Below the pieces are notes generated by a model. That model worked only from the letters and a program-made list of their open reading frames with translations. It ran no database searches and was not told the DNA's origin. From Aliivibrio fischeri ES114 (GTDB lineage: Bacteria > Pseudomonadota > Gammaproteobacteria > Enterobacterales > Vibrionaceae), in assembly GCF_000011805.1 (NCBI RefSeq), contig NC_006840.2: a stretch of DNA of 32,000 bases, one strand, 5' to 3'. Below, piece by piece: positions 9,955 through 19,554 of the stretch. The first letter of the stretch is position 1; every line of letters begins with the position of its first letter. A program made the translations under genes and the position numbers.

Positions 9955-10962
9955 ATGGCAACAATCAAAGATGTAGCCAAACATGCAAGTGTCTCAACCT
10001 CAACAGTAAGTCATGTTTTAAATAAAACTCGATTTGTTAGCGAAGATATTTCAGAACGTGTCATGGCCGCAGTAGCAGAACTAAACTATGCGCCTTCTGC
10101 CCTCGCCCGCAGTTTAAAAGTCAATCATACAAAAACCTTTGGCATGTTAGTGACAACCTCAACGAACCCATTTTTTGGTGAAGTGGTAAAAGGGGTAGAA
10201 CGTCGCTGCTATGAAAAAGGCTATAACCTCATCTTATGTAATACCGAAGGTGACGCAGAGCGTGTTCATTCAAGCTTAGATACCTTGCTACAAAAGCGTG
10301 TCGATGGCTTGTTACTGATGTGTACCGAAATCGAAAATCAAGTGCTTGAGCTCTTTTCTCGTTATCAACCGGTTCCTACCGTTGTAATGGATTGGGGATT
10401 GATTGATTTTCCAAGCGACAAAATTCAAGACAACTCGCACCACGGTGGCTATCTGGCAACAAAACACCTTATTGAACAAGGTCACACTGAAATTGGTTGT
10501 TTAACTGGTCCTCTCAATAAGTTGCAAGCACAACAACGTTTAAGTGGTTTTGTGCAAGCAATGGAAGAGTCAGGATTAGAAATCAATAAAAACTGGATTG
10601 CATCAGGCAATTTTGAATGTGAAGGCGGTGAAGCGGCTTTCAACGAAATTCATGCTAAAGGCAAACTACCAACGGCATTATTTGTTTGTAATGACATGAT
10701 GGCAATGGGAATGATCAATTGCGCAAGTAAAAAAGGCATTTCAGTTCCTAATGACATTTCAATTGTTGGTTATGATGACATTAAAATGGCTAAATACATC
10801 ACGCCATCACTTACTACCATTCATCAACCAAAACACCGATTAGGCCAACAAGCGGTCGATTCACTACTAGAAAAAATAGCAACAAAATCAGAAACGAATC
10901 GAGTTTTTCAGCTAGAGCCTACACTCATGGTTCGAGACAGCGTAAAGACGCTATCAAATTAG
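9955..10962 (+). CDS. rbsR: Ribose operon repressor, LacI family
   Basis: N-terminal HTH MATIKDVAKHASVSTSTVSHVLNKTRFVS followed by a periplasmic-binding-protein-like sugar-binding domain. Last gene of the rbs cluster. Confidence 0.9.
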   Translation: MATIKDVAKHASVSTSTVSHVLNKTRFVSEDISERVMAAVAELNYAPSALARSLKVNHTKTFGMLVTTSTNPFFGEVVKGVERRCYEKGYNLILCNTEGDAERVHSSLDTLLQKRVDGLLLMCTEIENQVLELFSRYQPVPTVVMDWGLIDFPSDKIQDNSHHGGYLATKHLIEQGHTEIGCLTGPLNKLQAQQRLSGFVQAMEESGLEINKNWIASGNFECEGGEAAFNEIHAKGKLPTALFVCNDMMAMGMINCASKKGISVPNDISIVGYDDIKMAKYITPSLTTIHQPKHRLGQQAVDSLLEKIATKSETNRVFQLEPTLMVRDSVKTLSN

Positions 10963-10995
10963 AACCATCACTGAATAAAAAATAAAGCAGAACAA

Positions 10996-11050
10996 TAGAG
11001 CCTCTCATCATATTCCTTTCTAATGGAAGATAATAAGAGGCTCTTTCTAT
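10996..11050. terminator. Possible bidirectional terminator between rbsR and the ligase gene
   Basis: tagagcctct (10996-11005) pairs with agaggctct (11036-11044) and is followed by ttctattc. The loop is long (about 30 nt), so confidence is low. Confidence 0.3.
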
Positions 11051-11051
11051 T

Positions 11052-11909
11052 CTAATAATTATTTCTCACTGCAACGTATCGTGCAAATCTTGGGATTCCG
11101 TTATCCGTATAACCGTTATAACGATAAGTCACTGTAGAGCCTAATTTAGGTGGGTTTTCTCTTACTTCAATACTCAAACCGCTACCAACTTTAAATTCTT
11201 TTCCATTTGGCATACGTAAAATCATTGCGCCCACCATACCGCGAAACTTTCCTTTCCCATCGGTATAGCCGATCACAATGGCTTCATTGTCTTGATGTTT
11301 TTTCACTTTAATTAAATCGTCACTGCGTCCGGGTCTATAAACTTCACTGACCTTTCTTAGCATCACCCCTTCACCATTACGTGCAGAGATATCATCTAAT
11401 GCTTCTAATAGAGAGTCTTCATTACTGATAGGATAATGTTCAACCAATTTTAAGTGCGGGTGATCGAGCTTTTTAACTATGGTTGATAGCTCATAATATC
11501 GTTTGGGAAACATACCGGCAGAGCTAGGTAAATCGAATGCCATGAAGCGAATTTTTTTCCATAATTCATCATTAGGTTGACTGTCTAACACTGTTTTTGC
11601 AACTTGTTGAAATCCACCTCTTCCAGCCCATAACTCTCCATCAATCTTATGATCAGGTAATGGGCCAGTAAACCAATCTGGTGCATATATCGTGTGACCT
11701 GTTCGTGTTATTAACTTTTCTCCTGTCCATAATGCTCGAATACCATCTAACTTCTCACTTGCCCAATACCCTTCAATATCCATTCCTTTTTCATATTGAG
11801 TAGCAAGAACCACATCTATTGATGCAGTATTTGGTTCATCATGTGAATATGTGGGGAGTGGGGTTAACCCAAGCGCAACCAAGGCTGCAAGTAATTTTAT
11901 TTTCATCAT
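11052..11909 (-). CDS. Minimal ATP-dependent DNA ligase with signal peptide (Lig E class, predicted periplasmic)
   Basis: Signal peptide MMKIKLLAALVALGLTPLPTYS, then nucleotidyltransferase motif I EKLDGIRA (KxDG). It has adenylation and OB regions only (285 aa). Confidence 0.85.
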   Translation of the reverse strand: MMKIKLLAALVALGLTPLPTYSHDEPNTASIDVVLATQYEKGMDIEGYWASEKLDGIRALWTGEKLITRTGHTIYAPDWFTGPLPDHKIDGELWAGRGGFQQVAKTVLDSQPNDELWKKIRFMAFDLPSSAGMFPKRYYELSTIVKKLDHPHLKLVEHYPISNEDSLLEALDDISARNGEGVMLRKVSEVYRPGRSDDLIKVKKHQDNEAIVIGYTDGKGKFRGMVGAMILRMPNGKEFKVGSGLSIEVRENPPKLGSTVTYRYNGYTDNGIPRFARYVAVRNNY

Positions 11910-12235
11910 CCTGACCTATTATCATTATTCCTTTAATTCATGATTACATAAGCCCACAAACAACTAACGAAAAAATTGAACAAATATCACTCTATTTCGA
12001 TCCATCTCCAGAAACAATGAAATACGAGAACTATCACTTTCACTGTTTAAATATCCACTATTACCATAATTGTTATTTCATTGAGCTCTGCCAGATTTGT
12101 AGCTTATCAAAAAGATCAACATCTCACTCTTAATGCAAAGGTAATGTTTGTGACACATCAATATGAGATGTTTATTTATAGATAATTCTAATATCTATAA
12201 ATAATTCATATAACTCAACTATGGAAAGTAGTGAA

Positions 12236-14890
12236 ATGAAAACAACACAAATAAAAACCTCGCTTGCTATGGCGATTGGCTTGGCGCTATCTGGCAACGC
12301 TTCTGCTGACATCATTATCTCTCAATACGTGGAAGGCGGAAATTACAACAAATCATTGGAGATCAGTAACACCTCTGATACTCCTGTTTCCCTTTCAGGT
12401 TATGTACTTAAATCTAAATACAACGGTCTTAATGACTGGAAAAACGATTTAGATTTATCCTCTATCACTCTTGATGCCAAAAGTGTTTATGTCATCTCTA
12501 ATGGCCGAGCATCAGACCCAATCAAAGCTGTTACCGACAGCATTGAAAGCATTGTAAATCACAACGGTGATGAGACTTACATGCTATTTAAAGATGGTGT
12601 AGAGCATGATCGCATAGGCATTGATGGCGATGTTGATTGGGGTAAAGATAAGAGTTTTGTTCGTACTGATTTAACCCCAAGCACAACGTTTGATGCCAAC
12701 ATGTGGATTGAAAAACCAAAAGACAACATTGACGGACTAGGGGTATATCAAGAAGGCGTCACACCACCTCCGGCATTTGCGTGTCAAACAGAATCAGGTG
12801 CAACCCCCGTATTTACAGAAATAAACCAAATTCAAGGAACCGGAGACAAATCCCCTCTTATCTCTAGCGGCTTTATTTCAGATGATGAGTATTTTGTTCA
12901 AGGTGTTGTTACCGCTCGTGGCGAAAGCTTACTAAAAGGATTTTACTTACAGGGTCTCAACGATGATTTTGATCCTAACAGCTCAGAAGGCATATTTGTT
13001 AGCACAGGAAGTGCGCCATCGTTAGAAATTCAACCCGGCGCATTAGTGTGTGTAAAAGCCAAAGTTCAAGAATATTACGGTCAAACGCAATTAAAACCTG
13101 ATACCAATAACTTCTTAGTTCAAGGCCATCAAGCTCCTGTATCCGTTACCGAGCTAACCATTAATGAAAACGAAACACTTGCGCAAGCCCTTGAGCGTCA
13201 TGAAGGGATGCAAGTCAAACTCACTTCACACTCAGATTTACGTATCACACGTAATTTCAGCTTTGACTACGCAAGTAAACGCAACAACATGGTACTTTCT
13301 CATGGTGAACCACTATTCAAACCTACACAGCTCTTTGCTGCAGAAAGTCCAGAAGCCATTCAACTTGCTGAAGAGAATGCAAAACGCCAAATCACCATAG
13401 AGTCTGATAATAAAGCACCTAATGGAGAAGTACCTTACTTCCCTGATTTTGCAACCGATTCCAATCAAGATGGCAGCGCAGATTCATACTTACGCCTTGG
13501 TGCTCGAATCGAAGGTTTAGAAGGTGTTATCGCCTACTCTTACGGCCAATACCGCCTTGTTACCACCAATACCATTTCACAAGAAAATATCATCACTCAA
13601 GCTTTCGATGAAGATGGTGATACCCTATTTAATGTAGAGCGTACTGACGAACCAAGTATTGACGATGCAGATCTCACCATTACTAGTTTTAACGTATTAA
13701 ACTACTTCACATCCGTTGCTGCTGGTGGCGATGCGAACCCAACAGGTCAAAACCGTGGTGCAACAAGTGCTGATGACTTTGCGATTCAACAAGCAAAAAT
13801 CCTCTCGGCATTAGTGGCTATTGATGCTGACATTATTGGTTTAATGGAAGTTGAAAATAACGGCTTTGGCGAGAACAGTGCCATTAACGATCTAACCACG
13901 GCATTAAATGCTCAATTTGAAGACGAAGAAGATCACTACAAATACGTAGAGATCAAAAACAAAGACAAATACCAAGGAGAATACCTAGGCTCTGATGCCA
14001 TTATGGTTGCCCTTCTTTACCGCCCTAGTGAAGTAAAACTCAAAGGCAAAGCACGCGTTATCAAAACACCAGAACAACACATTGCAGAAAATACTATTAC
14101 TCGTGACAACAACGGGACCATTGAATTTAACCCAGCTTATGACAAATACCAACGTCATAGCCTAGTTCAAAAATTCATGATTAAAGACGCTAAAGAACCA
14201 TTAACCGTTGTTGTAAACCATCTAAAATCAAAAGGCTCTGAGTGTATTGAGCAATGGCAAAACTTTGAAGAAGACAAAGACCCATCAGATCTACAAGGTA
14301 ACTGTAACCGCTTTAGAGTATCAGCAGCAAAAGCCATTGGTGATGAACTAGAAAGCGTAAAAGGCGATGTGTTAATTCTTGGCGATATGAATGCTTATGG
14401 CATGGAAGATCCACTATTAACCCTTACGGATTACAGCCAAGAGAAATATAACCGTGACATCTTTACCGCTTCTTACACCACACTAGGCACAGATAAAGAT
14501 GGTAAACCCCTGCCTTATGAAACAACAGGCAGCCAGGTCACTCAAGGTTATGGTTACATTAACTTAAATACCTTACTGCATGGAACGGATACTTTCTCTT
14601 ACACCTACTCAGGTGAATTAGGAAATCTTGACCACGCTTTAGCGAATAAGTCACTGGCAAAACGTGTTGCTGAAATTGAAGATTGGCACATTAACGCAGC
14701 TGAAAGTAACTTATTTGAATACAGCCCGAAATACACGGGTGATATGGTGAAATACAATGACATGTATTCAGCATCTGATCATGACCCAATTGTGATCACA
14801 CTTGATTATGAGAAAGGGGCATCATTTAACTTCTTTGCATTAGCTTCTTTATTAGGCTTTGGTTTCTTGCGCAGAAAACTACGTAAATAA
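12236..14890 (+). CDS. xds: Extracellular nuclease, Xds-like: lamin-tail domain + OB-like region + endonuclease/exonuclease/phosphatase (EEP) domain + GlyGly-CTERM-like tail
   Basis: The ORF opens at 12221. The Met at 12236 (ggaaag upstream) gives signal peptide MKTTQIKTSLAMAIGLALSGNASA. The LTD-like segment is IIISQYVEGGNYNKSLEISNTSDTPVSLSGYVL. EEP motifs are ITSFNVLNYF, GLMEVEN and SASDHDPIV. The C-terminus is GASFNFFALASLLGFGFLRRKLRK. Confidence 0.85.
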   Translation: MKTTQIKTSLAMAIGLALSGNASADIIISQYVEGGNYNKSLEISNTSDTPVSLSGYVLKSKYNGLNDWKNDLDLSSITLDAKSVYVISNGRASDPIKAVTDSIESIVNHNGDETYMLFKDGVEHDRIGIDGDVDWGKDKSFVRTDLTPSTTFDANMWIEKPKDNIDGLGVYQEGVTPPPAFACQTESGATPVFTEINQIQGTGDKSPLISSGFISDDEYFVQGVVTARGESLLKGFYLQGLNDDFDPNSSEGIFVSTGSAPSLEIQPGALVCVKAKVQEYYGQTQLKPDTNNFLVQGHQAPVSVTELTINENETLAQALERHEGMQVKLTSHSDLRITRNFSFDYASKRNNMVLSHGEPLFKPTQLFAAESPEAIQLAEENAKRQITIESDNKAPNGEVPYFPDFATDSNQDGSADSYLRLGARIEGLEGVIAYSYGQYRLVTTNTISQENIITQAFDEDGDTLFNVERTDEPSIDDADLTITSFNVLNYFTSVAAGGDANPTGQNRGATSADDFAIQQAKILSALVAIDADIIGLMEVENNGFGENSAINDLTTALNAQFEDEEDHYKYVEIKNKDKYQGEYLGSDAIMVALLYRPSEVKLKGKARVIKTPEQHIAENTITRDNNGTIEFNPAYDKYQRHSLVQKFMIKDAKEPLTVVVNHLKSKGSECIEQWQNFEEDKDPSDLQGNCNRFRVSAAKAIGDELESVKGDVLILGDMNAYGMEDPLLTLTDYSQEKYNRDIFTASYTTLGTDKDGKPLPYETTGSQVTQGYGYINLNTLLHGTDTFSYTYSGELGNLDHALANKSLAKRVAEIEDWHINAAESNLFEYSPKYTGDMVKYNDMYSASDHDPIVITLDYEKGASFNFFALASLLGFGFLRRKLRK

Positions 14891-14914
14891 CCGTTATAAA
14901 GAGCATTAAATAAA

Positions 14915-14942
14915 AATGGCGGAGTATCTACACTCCGCCATT
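14915..14942. terminator. Bidirectional rho-independent terminator between the nuclease and MATE genes
   Basis: 11-bp stem aatggcggagt / actccgccatt with a 6-nt loop, an A-run upstream and cttttatttt downstream. Confidence 0.75.
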
Positions 14943-14945
14943 CTT

Positions 14946-16415
14946 TTATTTTGAAGCCACAGAAACTTCCAACTCTTCGTCGGTTTCTGCACCACTTTGC
15001 ATGATGACGGCATCATTATTACAAAACGGCGTCATGGTGACACTAATGTCTGCTAATGCATCTTCTGTGCATACGGTTTCACAATGCTCTCTCACCATAC
15101 TGATAACATGCATTCTTAACACAATTAAGCTAATAATACCGAACACCACATTACCTACGGCTTGACCATATAATACACCCAAACCGCCATACCACTGCGC
15201 ACCAAAGTACACAAAAGGCAGAGTACCAATGGTTGCTTTACTTAAATTAAGTGCCGTTGAATATAAAGGTTTACCCAAATTATTAAATGACGTATTTGCT
15301 ACAAACATTGCGCCATTAAAAATAAAGGTGATAGCCACAAAACTACAGAATGTCATCATAATCAGCGATGCATCACCAACCAAGTTAAAGGCTTTAACGA
15401 TGTAATCTTGCAGTAAAAACAAGATCAGTGACACCGCAATACAATAAATCGCAGTAAAGAACAGCGAATTACGCAGCGTGTCTTTTACCCTATCAATGCG
15501 TCGTGCACCAAAGTTCTGCCCTATGATTGGACCAACCGCTCCAGACAACGCAAAAATAACCGCAAACGTTACGGGAATTAATCGTCCAATTACCGCAAAA
15601 CCAGCAACAAAATCTTCACCAAACGGCGCAAGGGTTGATGTCACAATCGCATTACCAATCGGTGTTGCCGTATTCGTAATAATAGCCGGAGCCGCAATAG
15701 TAATAATGGCAGGCGTATGATCTTTTATGATCGACCATTCAGGCCATTTCACTAAATTGTGCGTTTTCACTAATGGGTATAAAGAGAAAACCAATACGGT
15801 AATTCGAGAGATTACCGATGCAATCGCCGCTCCTTCAACATTAAGTCCAAAACCAAAAATGAAAATTGGGTCTAAAATAGCATTCACAATACCACCGTAT
15901 AACGTGGCTAACATTGAACGTTTAGCATCACCTACAGCACGAAGGCCTGCACCCGCAGCCATAGCAATGGCAATAATTGGAGTACTTGGTAATAAAATAG
16001 AAAGATACGCTTGAGCACGCTCAGCAACAAACCCTTTTGCTCCTATCATTGAAAGCAATTCAGGAATAAAGCAAAACATGACAATCGTTACAACGGTATT
16101 CACAATAAAGGCGATCGCCAGTGTACTACTCGCTAATTGTTGTGCTTTTTCATTCTCTTTTGCCCCTAGCGCTTTAGATACCAAAGCCCCCATAGCAATA
16201 GAAGAACCGATAGAAACTGAGGTTGAAAAGAATATTATCGTTCCAGCAAAACCAATGGCAGCGGCTAACTCAACTTGTCCTAATAAACTGATAAAAAACA
16301 TATCTAATAAGTCAACGACAAACAGTGCCATTAAACCAATAGAAGATGCTCCCGACATTACTAAAATATGTCTCATGGTCGATCCATGAACAAATTTAGC
16401 CGTTTGATTACTCAC
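14946..16415 (-). CDS. MATE-family efflux transporter
   Basis: 489 aa with about 12 predicted TM segments. The N-terminal region (GSTMRHILVMSGASSIGLMALFVVDLLDMFFISLLG) is typical of MATE/NorM-DinF family proteins. Confidence 0.8.
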   Translation of the reverse strand: MSNQTAKFVHGSTMRHILVMSGASSIGLMALFVVDLLDMFFISLLGQVELAAAIGFAGTIIFFSTSVSIGSSIAMGALVSKALGAKENEKAQQLASSTLAIAFIVNTVVTIVMFCFIPELLSMIGAKGFVAERAQAYLSILLPSTPIIAIAMAAGAGLRAVGDAKRSMLATLYGGIVNAILDPIFIFGFGLNVEGAAIASVISRITVLVFSLYPLVKTHNLVKWPEWSIIKDHTPAIITIAAPAIITNTATPIGNAIVTSTLAPFGEDFVAGFAVIGRLIPVTFAVIFALSGAVGPIIGQNFGARRIDRVKDTLRNSLFFTAIYCIAVSLILFLLQDYIVKAFNLVGDASLIMMTFCSFVAITFIFNGAMFVANTSFNNLGKPLYSTALNLSKATIGTLPFVYFGAQWYGGLGVLYGQAVGNVVFGIISLIVLRMHVISMVREHCETVCTEDALADISVTMTPFCNNDAVIMQSGAETDEELEVSVASK

Positions 16416-16509
16416 ATATCTCTCCTACCATTATCTTTCTACTCTTTACCATTTTAGATAAAAATAGCGTAATGGTGTTGAATACTAAAAATTAAATCGT
16501 TATTTCCTA

Positions 16510-16540
16510 AAAATAAAAAAACCACAAACTAATTGTGGTT
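16510..16540 (-). terminator. Rho-independent terminator of the coiled-coil protein gene
   Basis: 8-bp stem aaccacaa / ttgtggtt with a 5-nt loop. On the minus strand it is followed by a long T-run (complement of aaaataaaaaa). Confidence 0.75.
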
Positions 16541-16567
16541 TTCTTCAAACAGTGGAAGTAATAACGA

Positions 16568-17314
16568 TTACATACCTATGCTTTCACTAATGCTATCAAT
16601 TTCTTTGATATCCATCTGTAGCAATTGTAATTCATCATTATATTGAGCGATGAGTTTTTTTGCTGCTTCTTGACGTTGGCAAACATCTGACTTCACATCC
16701 CAACTCTTACCTTCAAGGTACACTTCACACTCTTTCGCAAGACGTTTTTCATTTGATGTTGTTACTTCAAGTTTAACTTCAAGTGCACTTGCTTCTTCTT
16801 TCAATTGAAGTTGACGTTGGAACAACTGCTTTGCACGCGTCAGCATCGTCACTTGTAAATCAACTTGGTTAGTTAATTTATCAATTTGCTTATTTTGCTC
16901 TTCAACTTGCATTTCTAGTGAGGCTTTTTGAGACTTCAATGCACCCACTTCTTTTGTTAATGTCGCATGTTTTTTTGATTCTTCAACAATCGCTTGTGCT
17001 TTTTCTTCATCAAGCGTTTGTTTTTGTGCTTCTAATGCTTGCTGTTTTTCTTTTTCAACCAGCACATCAACCTCAGCACTCTTCTCTTTTGCTTGAGTTA
17101 ACTGTAATTGATATTGCTTAGTTTGAGTTTCTAATTGAGTGTAGGCTTCTGTCCATTTATTTTCTGAAATACTAGAGCCAATTAAACCACCGGCAACCGC
17201 ACCGATAATCAAGGTTACCCCTGCTACCCAATGGCTCGCTTTTGATTTCTCTTCAATAATAATGACATCTTCATCGTGCTCATCAGATGTTCTTGTTTGA
17301 TTTTCTACACTCAC
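16568..17314 (-). CDS. Membrane-anchored coiled-coil protein, unknown function
   Basis: Acidic N-terminus and one TM segment (WVAGVTLIIGAVAGGLIGSSI), then about 190 aa of Q/E/K-rich heptad-like sequence. Confidence 0.6.
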   Translation of the reverse strand: MSVENQTRTSDEHDEDVIIIEEKSKASHWVAGVTLIIGAVAGGLIGSSISENKWTEAYTQLETQTKQYQLQLTQAKEKSAEVDVLVEKEKQQALEAQKQTLDEEKAQAIVEESKKHATLTKEVGALKSQKASLEMQVEEQNKQIDKLTNQVDLQVTMLTRAKQLFQRQLQLKEEASALEVKLEVTTSNEKRLAKECEVYLEGKSWDVKSDVCQRQEAAKKLIAQYNDELQLLQMDIKEIDSISESIGM

Positions 17315-17388
17315 GTGATAACCCCAAGCAAATAGATTTTATTGAGTATAGTGTTATTCCCTATACTCTTTGTTAAAAATAAGACAAC

Positions 17389-17547
17389 TTATCGAATTAG
17401 CTCTGAAATCATGACATATGCCACATAAATGACAAGTCCTGCAACAGAGGTATAAATAACCGATTTTTGAACCTTCTCATTTGATCTGAACTTGAACAGT
17501 ACAGCAGCAAATACGAATAATAAAATGATGACCGCAATTCTTAGCAT
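17389..17547 (-). CDS. Small (52 aa) two-TM membrane protein, not in ORF track
   Basis: Hand-translated MLRIAVIILLFVFAAVLFKFRSNEKVQKSVIYTSVAGLVIYVAYVMISELIR. A strong SD (gaggtg) ends 5 nt before the ATG. Confidence 0.45.
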   Translation of the reverse strand: MLRIAVIILLFVFAAVLFKFRSNEKVQKSVIYTSVAGLVIYVAYVMISELIR

Positions 17548-17732
17548 AGTACACCTCACTTTTCTTATACTTTAGCACATTTTTGCTTTCTAAATACTTG
17601 AGTTTTAGTCGTTATTTTGAACAAAGAAATCGGTTTCTTATAATATTTTTGAATTTTTCAAATAAAATACATGACATAAAATGTGACTTAGCTAACATAG
17701 CGTCTTGCTGTTATACAGCACACAATTTGTTG

Positions 17733-17950
17733 ATCCGATGAAGACTGCAGGAGAGTGGCAAAAACCGTCAAGGTTACGCCCGCCGAAGAAGTAAATCTTT
17801 CAGGTGCCGAGTTCATTTTTTAAGTGAATAAGGTGAGGACTGTAGTTGGAGGAATCTCTGGAGAGAGCCGTTAAATCGGCCGCCGAAGGAGCAAGCCCTT
17901 ATCTGAAAAATGATAAAGGTGAAACTCTCAGGCAAAAGGACAGAGGAGAA
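17733..17950 (+). promoter_or_regulatory. Tandem glycine riboswitch (two aptamers)
   Basis: Aptamer 1: gaagactgcaGGAGAGtggc...cgCCGAAGAAGTAAatctttCAGGtgccga...AGGACtgtag. Aptamer 2: ctctGGAGAGagccgttaaatcggcCGCCGAAGGAGCAAgccc...aaaCTCTCAGGCAAAAGGACagag. This nearly matches the V. cholerae glycine riboswitch as I recall it, and it lies upstream of a sodium:alanine symporter gene as in V. cholerae. Confidence 0.92.
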
Positions 17951-18050
17951 AGTGATCCGATTAATCTCGGCTCTATACTATTTGTCGATCTTTTGACTTT
18001 GGTACACCACTCTCTCTTCTCCTTTCTATATGTTTTATTAAGGGGAAACC

Positions 18051-19433
18051 ATGAACACTTTTCACAACACGCTTGTTACTATAGATAACTTCATTTGGGG
18101 TCCACCTCTTTTGATTTTATTGGTTGGTACGGGTATCTACTTTACGTTTCGTTTACGTATTTTCCAACTTCGCCACTTACCAACTGCGCTTAAAATGGTT
18201 TTTTCACGAGAAGAAAACCAAAGTACGGGCAAGGGTGATGTTTCAAGCTTTGCGGCGTTATGTACTGCCCTATCAGCAACCATTGGTACAGGTAACATCG
18301 TAGGTGTAGCAACAGCCATCAAACTGGGTGGTCCTGGTGCTCTTTTCTGGATGTGGCTTGCTGCTGTATTTGGAATGGCAACAAAATATGCCGAATGTTT
18401 ACTTGCGGTTAAATACCGTAAAACAGACAGCAAAGGCGAAATGGTTGGCGGCCCAATGTACTACCTTGAATATGGCATGGGTAATAAATGGCTAGCAAAA
18501 CTGTTTGCCCTATTCGCTTTAGGTGTTGCTTGCTTTGGTATTGGTACATTCCCACAAATTAACGCGATTGTTGACTCAGCACAGCTAACAATGAATGCAC
18601 CAGCATGGTTAACAGGCGGTATCCTTACGGTGCTTGTTGCGGTTGTAACACTTGGTGGGATTCAATCTATCGCTAAAGTTGCTGAAAAAGTCGTTCCAAC
18701 AATGGCGGTAATTTATGTTGTATCGTGTGCTTCTGTTTTAATAATGCAAGCCGAAGCTTTACCAGCTGCATTTCAATTAGTAATTACGTCTGCGTTTACT
18801 GGTACTGCTGCAACTGGTGGTTTTGTTGGTGCATCAATCATGCTAGCTATTCAATCAGGTGTGGCTCGTGGTGTATTCTCAAATGAATCAGGTCTTGGTA
18901 GCGCCCCAATGGCAGCGGCAGCCGCTAAAACTGACTCTTGTGTAAAACAAGGCCTTGTATCGATGACAGGTACCTTCTTTGATACCGTGATCATTTGTAC
19001 CATGACAGGATTAACTTTAGTGGTTACTGGTGTATGGCAAGGTGATGCGGCAGGCGCACTAATGACAACCCAAGCATTTGCTATTGGTTTAGGCTCTGAA
19101 CAAATTGGTCCTTATCTTGTATCTATCGGTTTAATGTTCTTCGCCTTCACGACAATTTTAGGTTGGAACTACTACGGTGAACGTTGTGTGACTTACTTAT
19201 TTGGTCGCAAAGGTGTTTTACCATACAAAATAATCTTTATTAGCCTAGTGGCATCTGGTGCTTACATGCATTTAGACACTATTTGGGTTATTGCTGATAT
19301 TGTTAACGGTTTAATGGCTATTCCAAACCTAATTGGTCTAATCGCTCTTCGTCATATTATTATTGAAGAAACTCACCTGTTCTTCAGTAAACAGAAAGAG
19401 ACTGAAAACGAACAAGTTTTTAATAGAATATAG
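18051..19433 (+). CDS. agcS: Sodium:alanine (glycine/alanine) symporter family protein
   Basis: 460 aa polytopic protein with AGCS-family sequence (SFAALCTALSATIGTGNIVGVATAI, GGPGALFWMWL, GLGSAPMAAAAAKT). It is controlled by the glycine riboswitch. Confidence 0.9.
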   Translation: MNTFHNTLVTIDNFIWGPPLLILLVGTGIYFTFRLRIFQLRHLPTALKMVFSREENQSTGKGDVSSFAALCTALSATIGTGNIVGVATAIKLGGPGALFWMWLAAVFGMATKYAECLLAVKYRKTDSKGEMVGGPMYYLEYGMGNKWLAKLFALFALGVACFGIGTFPQINAIVDSAQLTMNAPAWLTGGILTVLVAVVTLGGIQSIAKVAEKVVPTMAVIYVVSCASVLIMQAEALPAAFQLVITSAFTGTAATGGFVGASIMLAIQSGVARGVFSNESGLGSAPMAAAAAKTDSCVKQGLVSMTGTFFDTVIICTMTGLTLVVTGVWQGDAAGALMTTQAFAIGLGSEQIGPYLVSIGLMFFAFTTILGWNYYGERCVTYLFGRKGVLPYKIIFISLVASGAYMHLDTIWVIADIVNGLMAIPNLIGLIALRHIIIEETHLFFSKQKETENEQVFNRI

Positions 19434-19554
19434 CGTTCCAATGAATTGTCTCTGTTAATTTTCAGAGATAATTTGAAACATTTATGTAAACCAAATCTCA
19501 CAAATATATTATTTATTCTGCTATTATTACCTTATACATTAAGTGAGGTGATAT

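Noticed and set aside
12148-12163. CRP-like half-site TGTGA in the ligase/nuclease intergenic region
   Set aside because: The second half (AATAT) does not match TCACA. There is no convincing full CRP or CRP-S dyad.
12264-13400. Short plus-strand ORFs inside the nuclease gene (12264-12452, 13164-13400)
   Set aside because: These are out-of-frame overlaps within the 884-aa nuclease CDS with no independent support.
15478-16389. Three plus-strand ORFs (80, 95 and 103 aa) opposite the MATE gene
   Set aside because: They are antisense to a continuous 489-aa polytopic transporter ORF and look like shadow ORFs.
16918-17121. 67-aa plus-strand ORF opposite the coiled-coil gene
   Set aside because: It is an antisense shadow of a repetitive Q/E/K-rich coding region.
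17846-18088. 80-aa ORF (MEESLERAVKSAAEG...)
   Set aside because: It is read straight through aptamer 2 of the glycine riboswitch and into the symporter start. The RNA element explains the conservation-like signal.
18137-18433. 98-aa minus-strand ORF inside the symporter gene
   Set aside because: Antisense shadow ORF.
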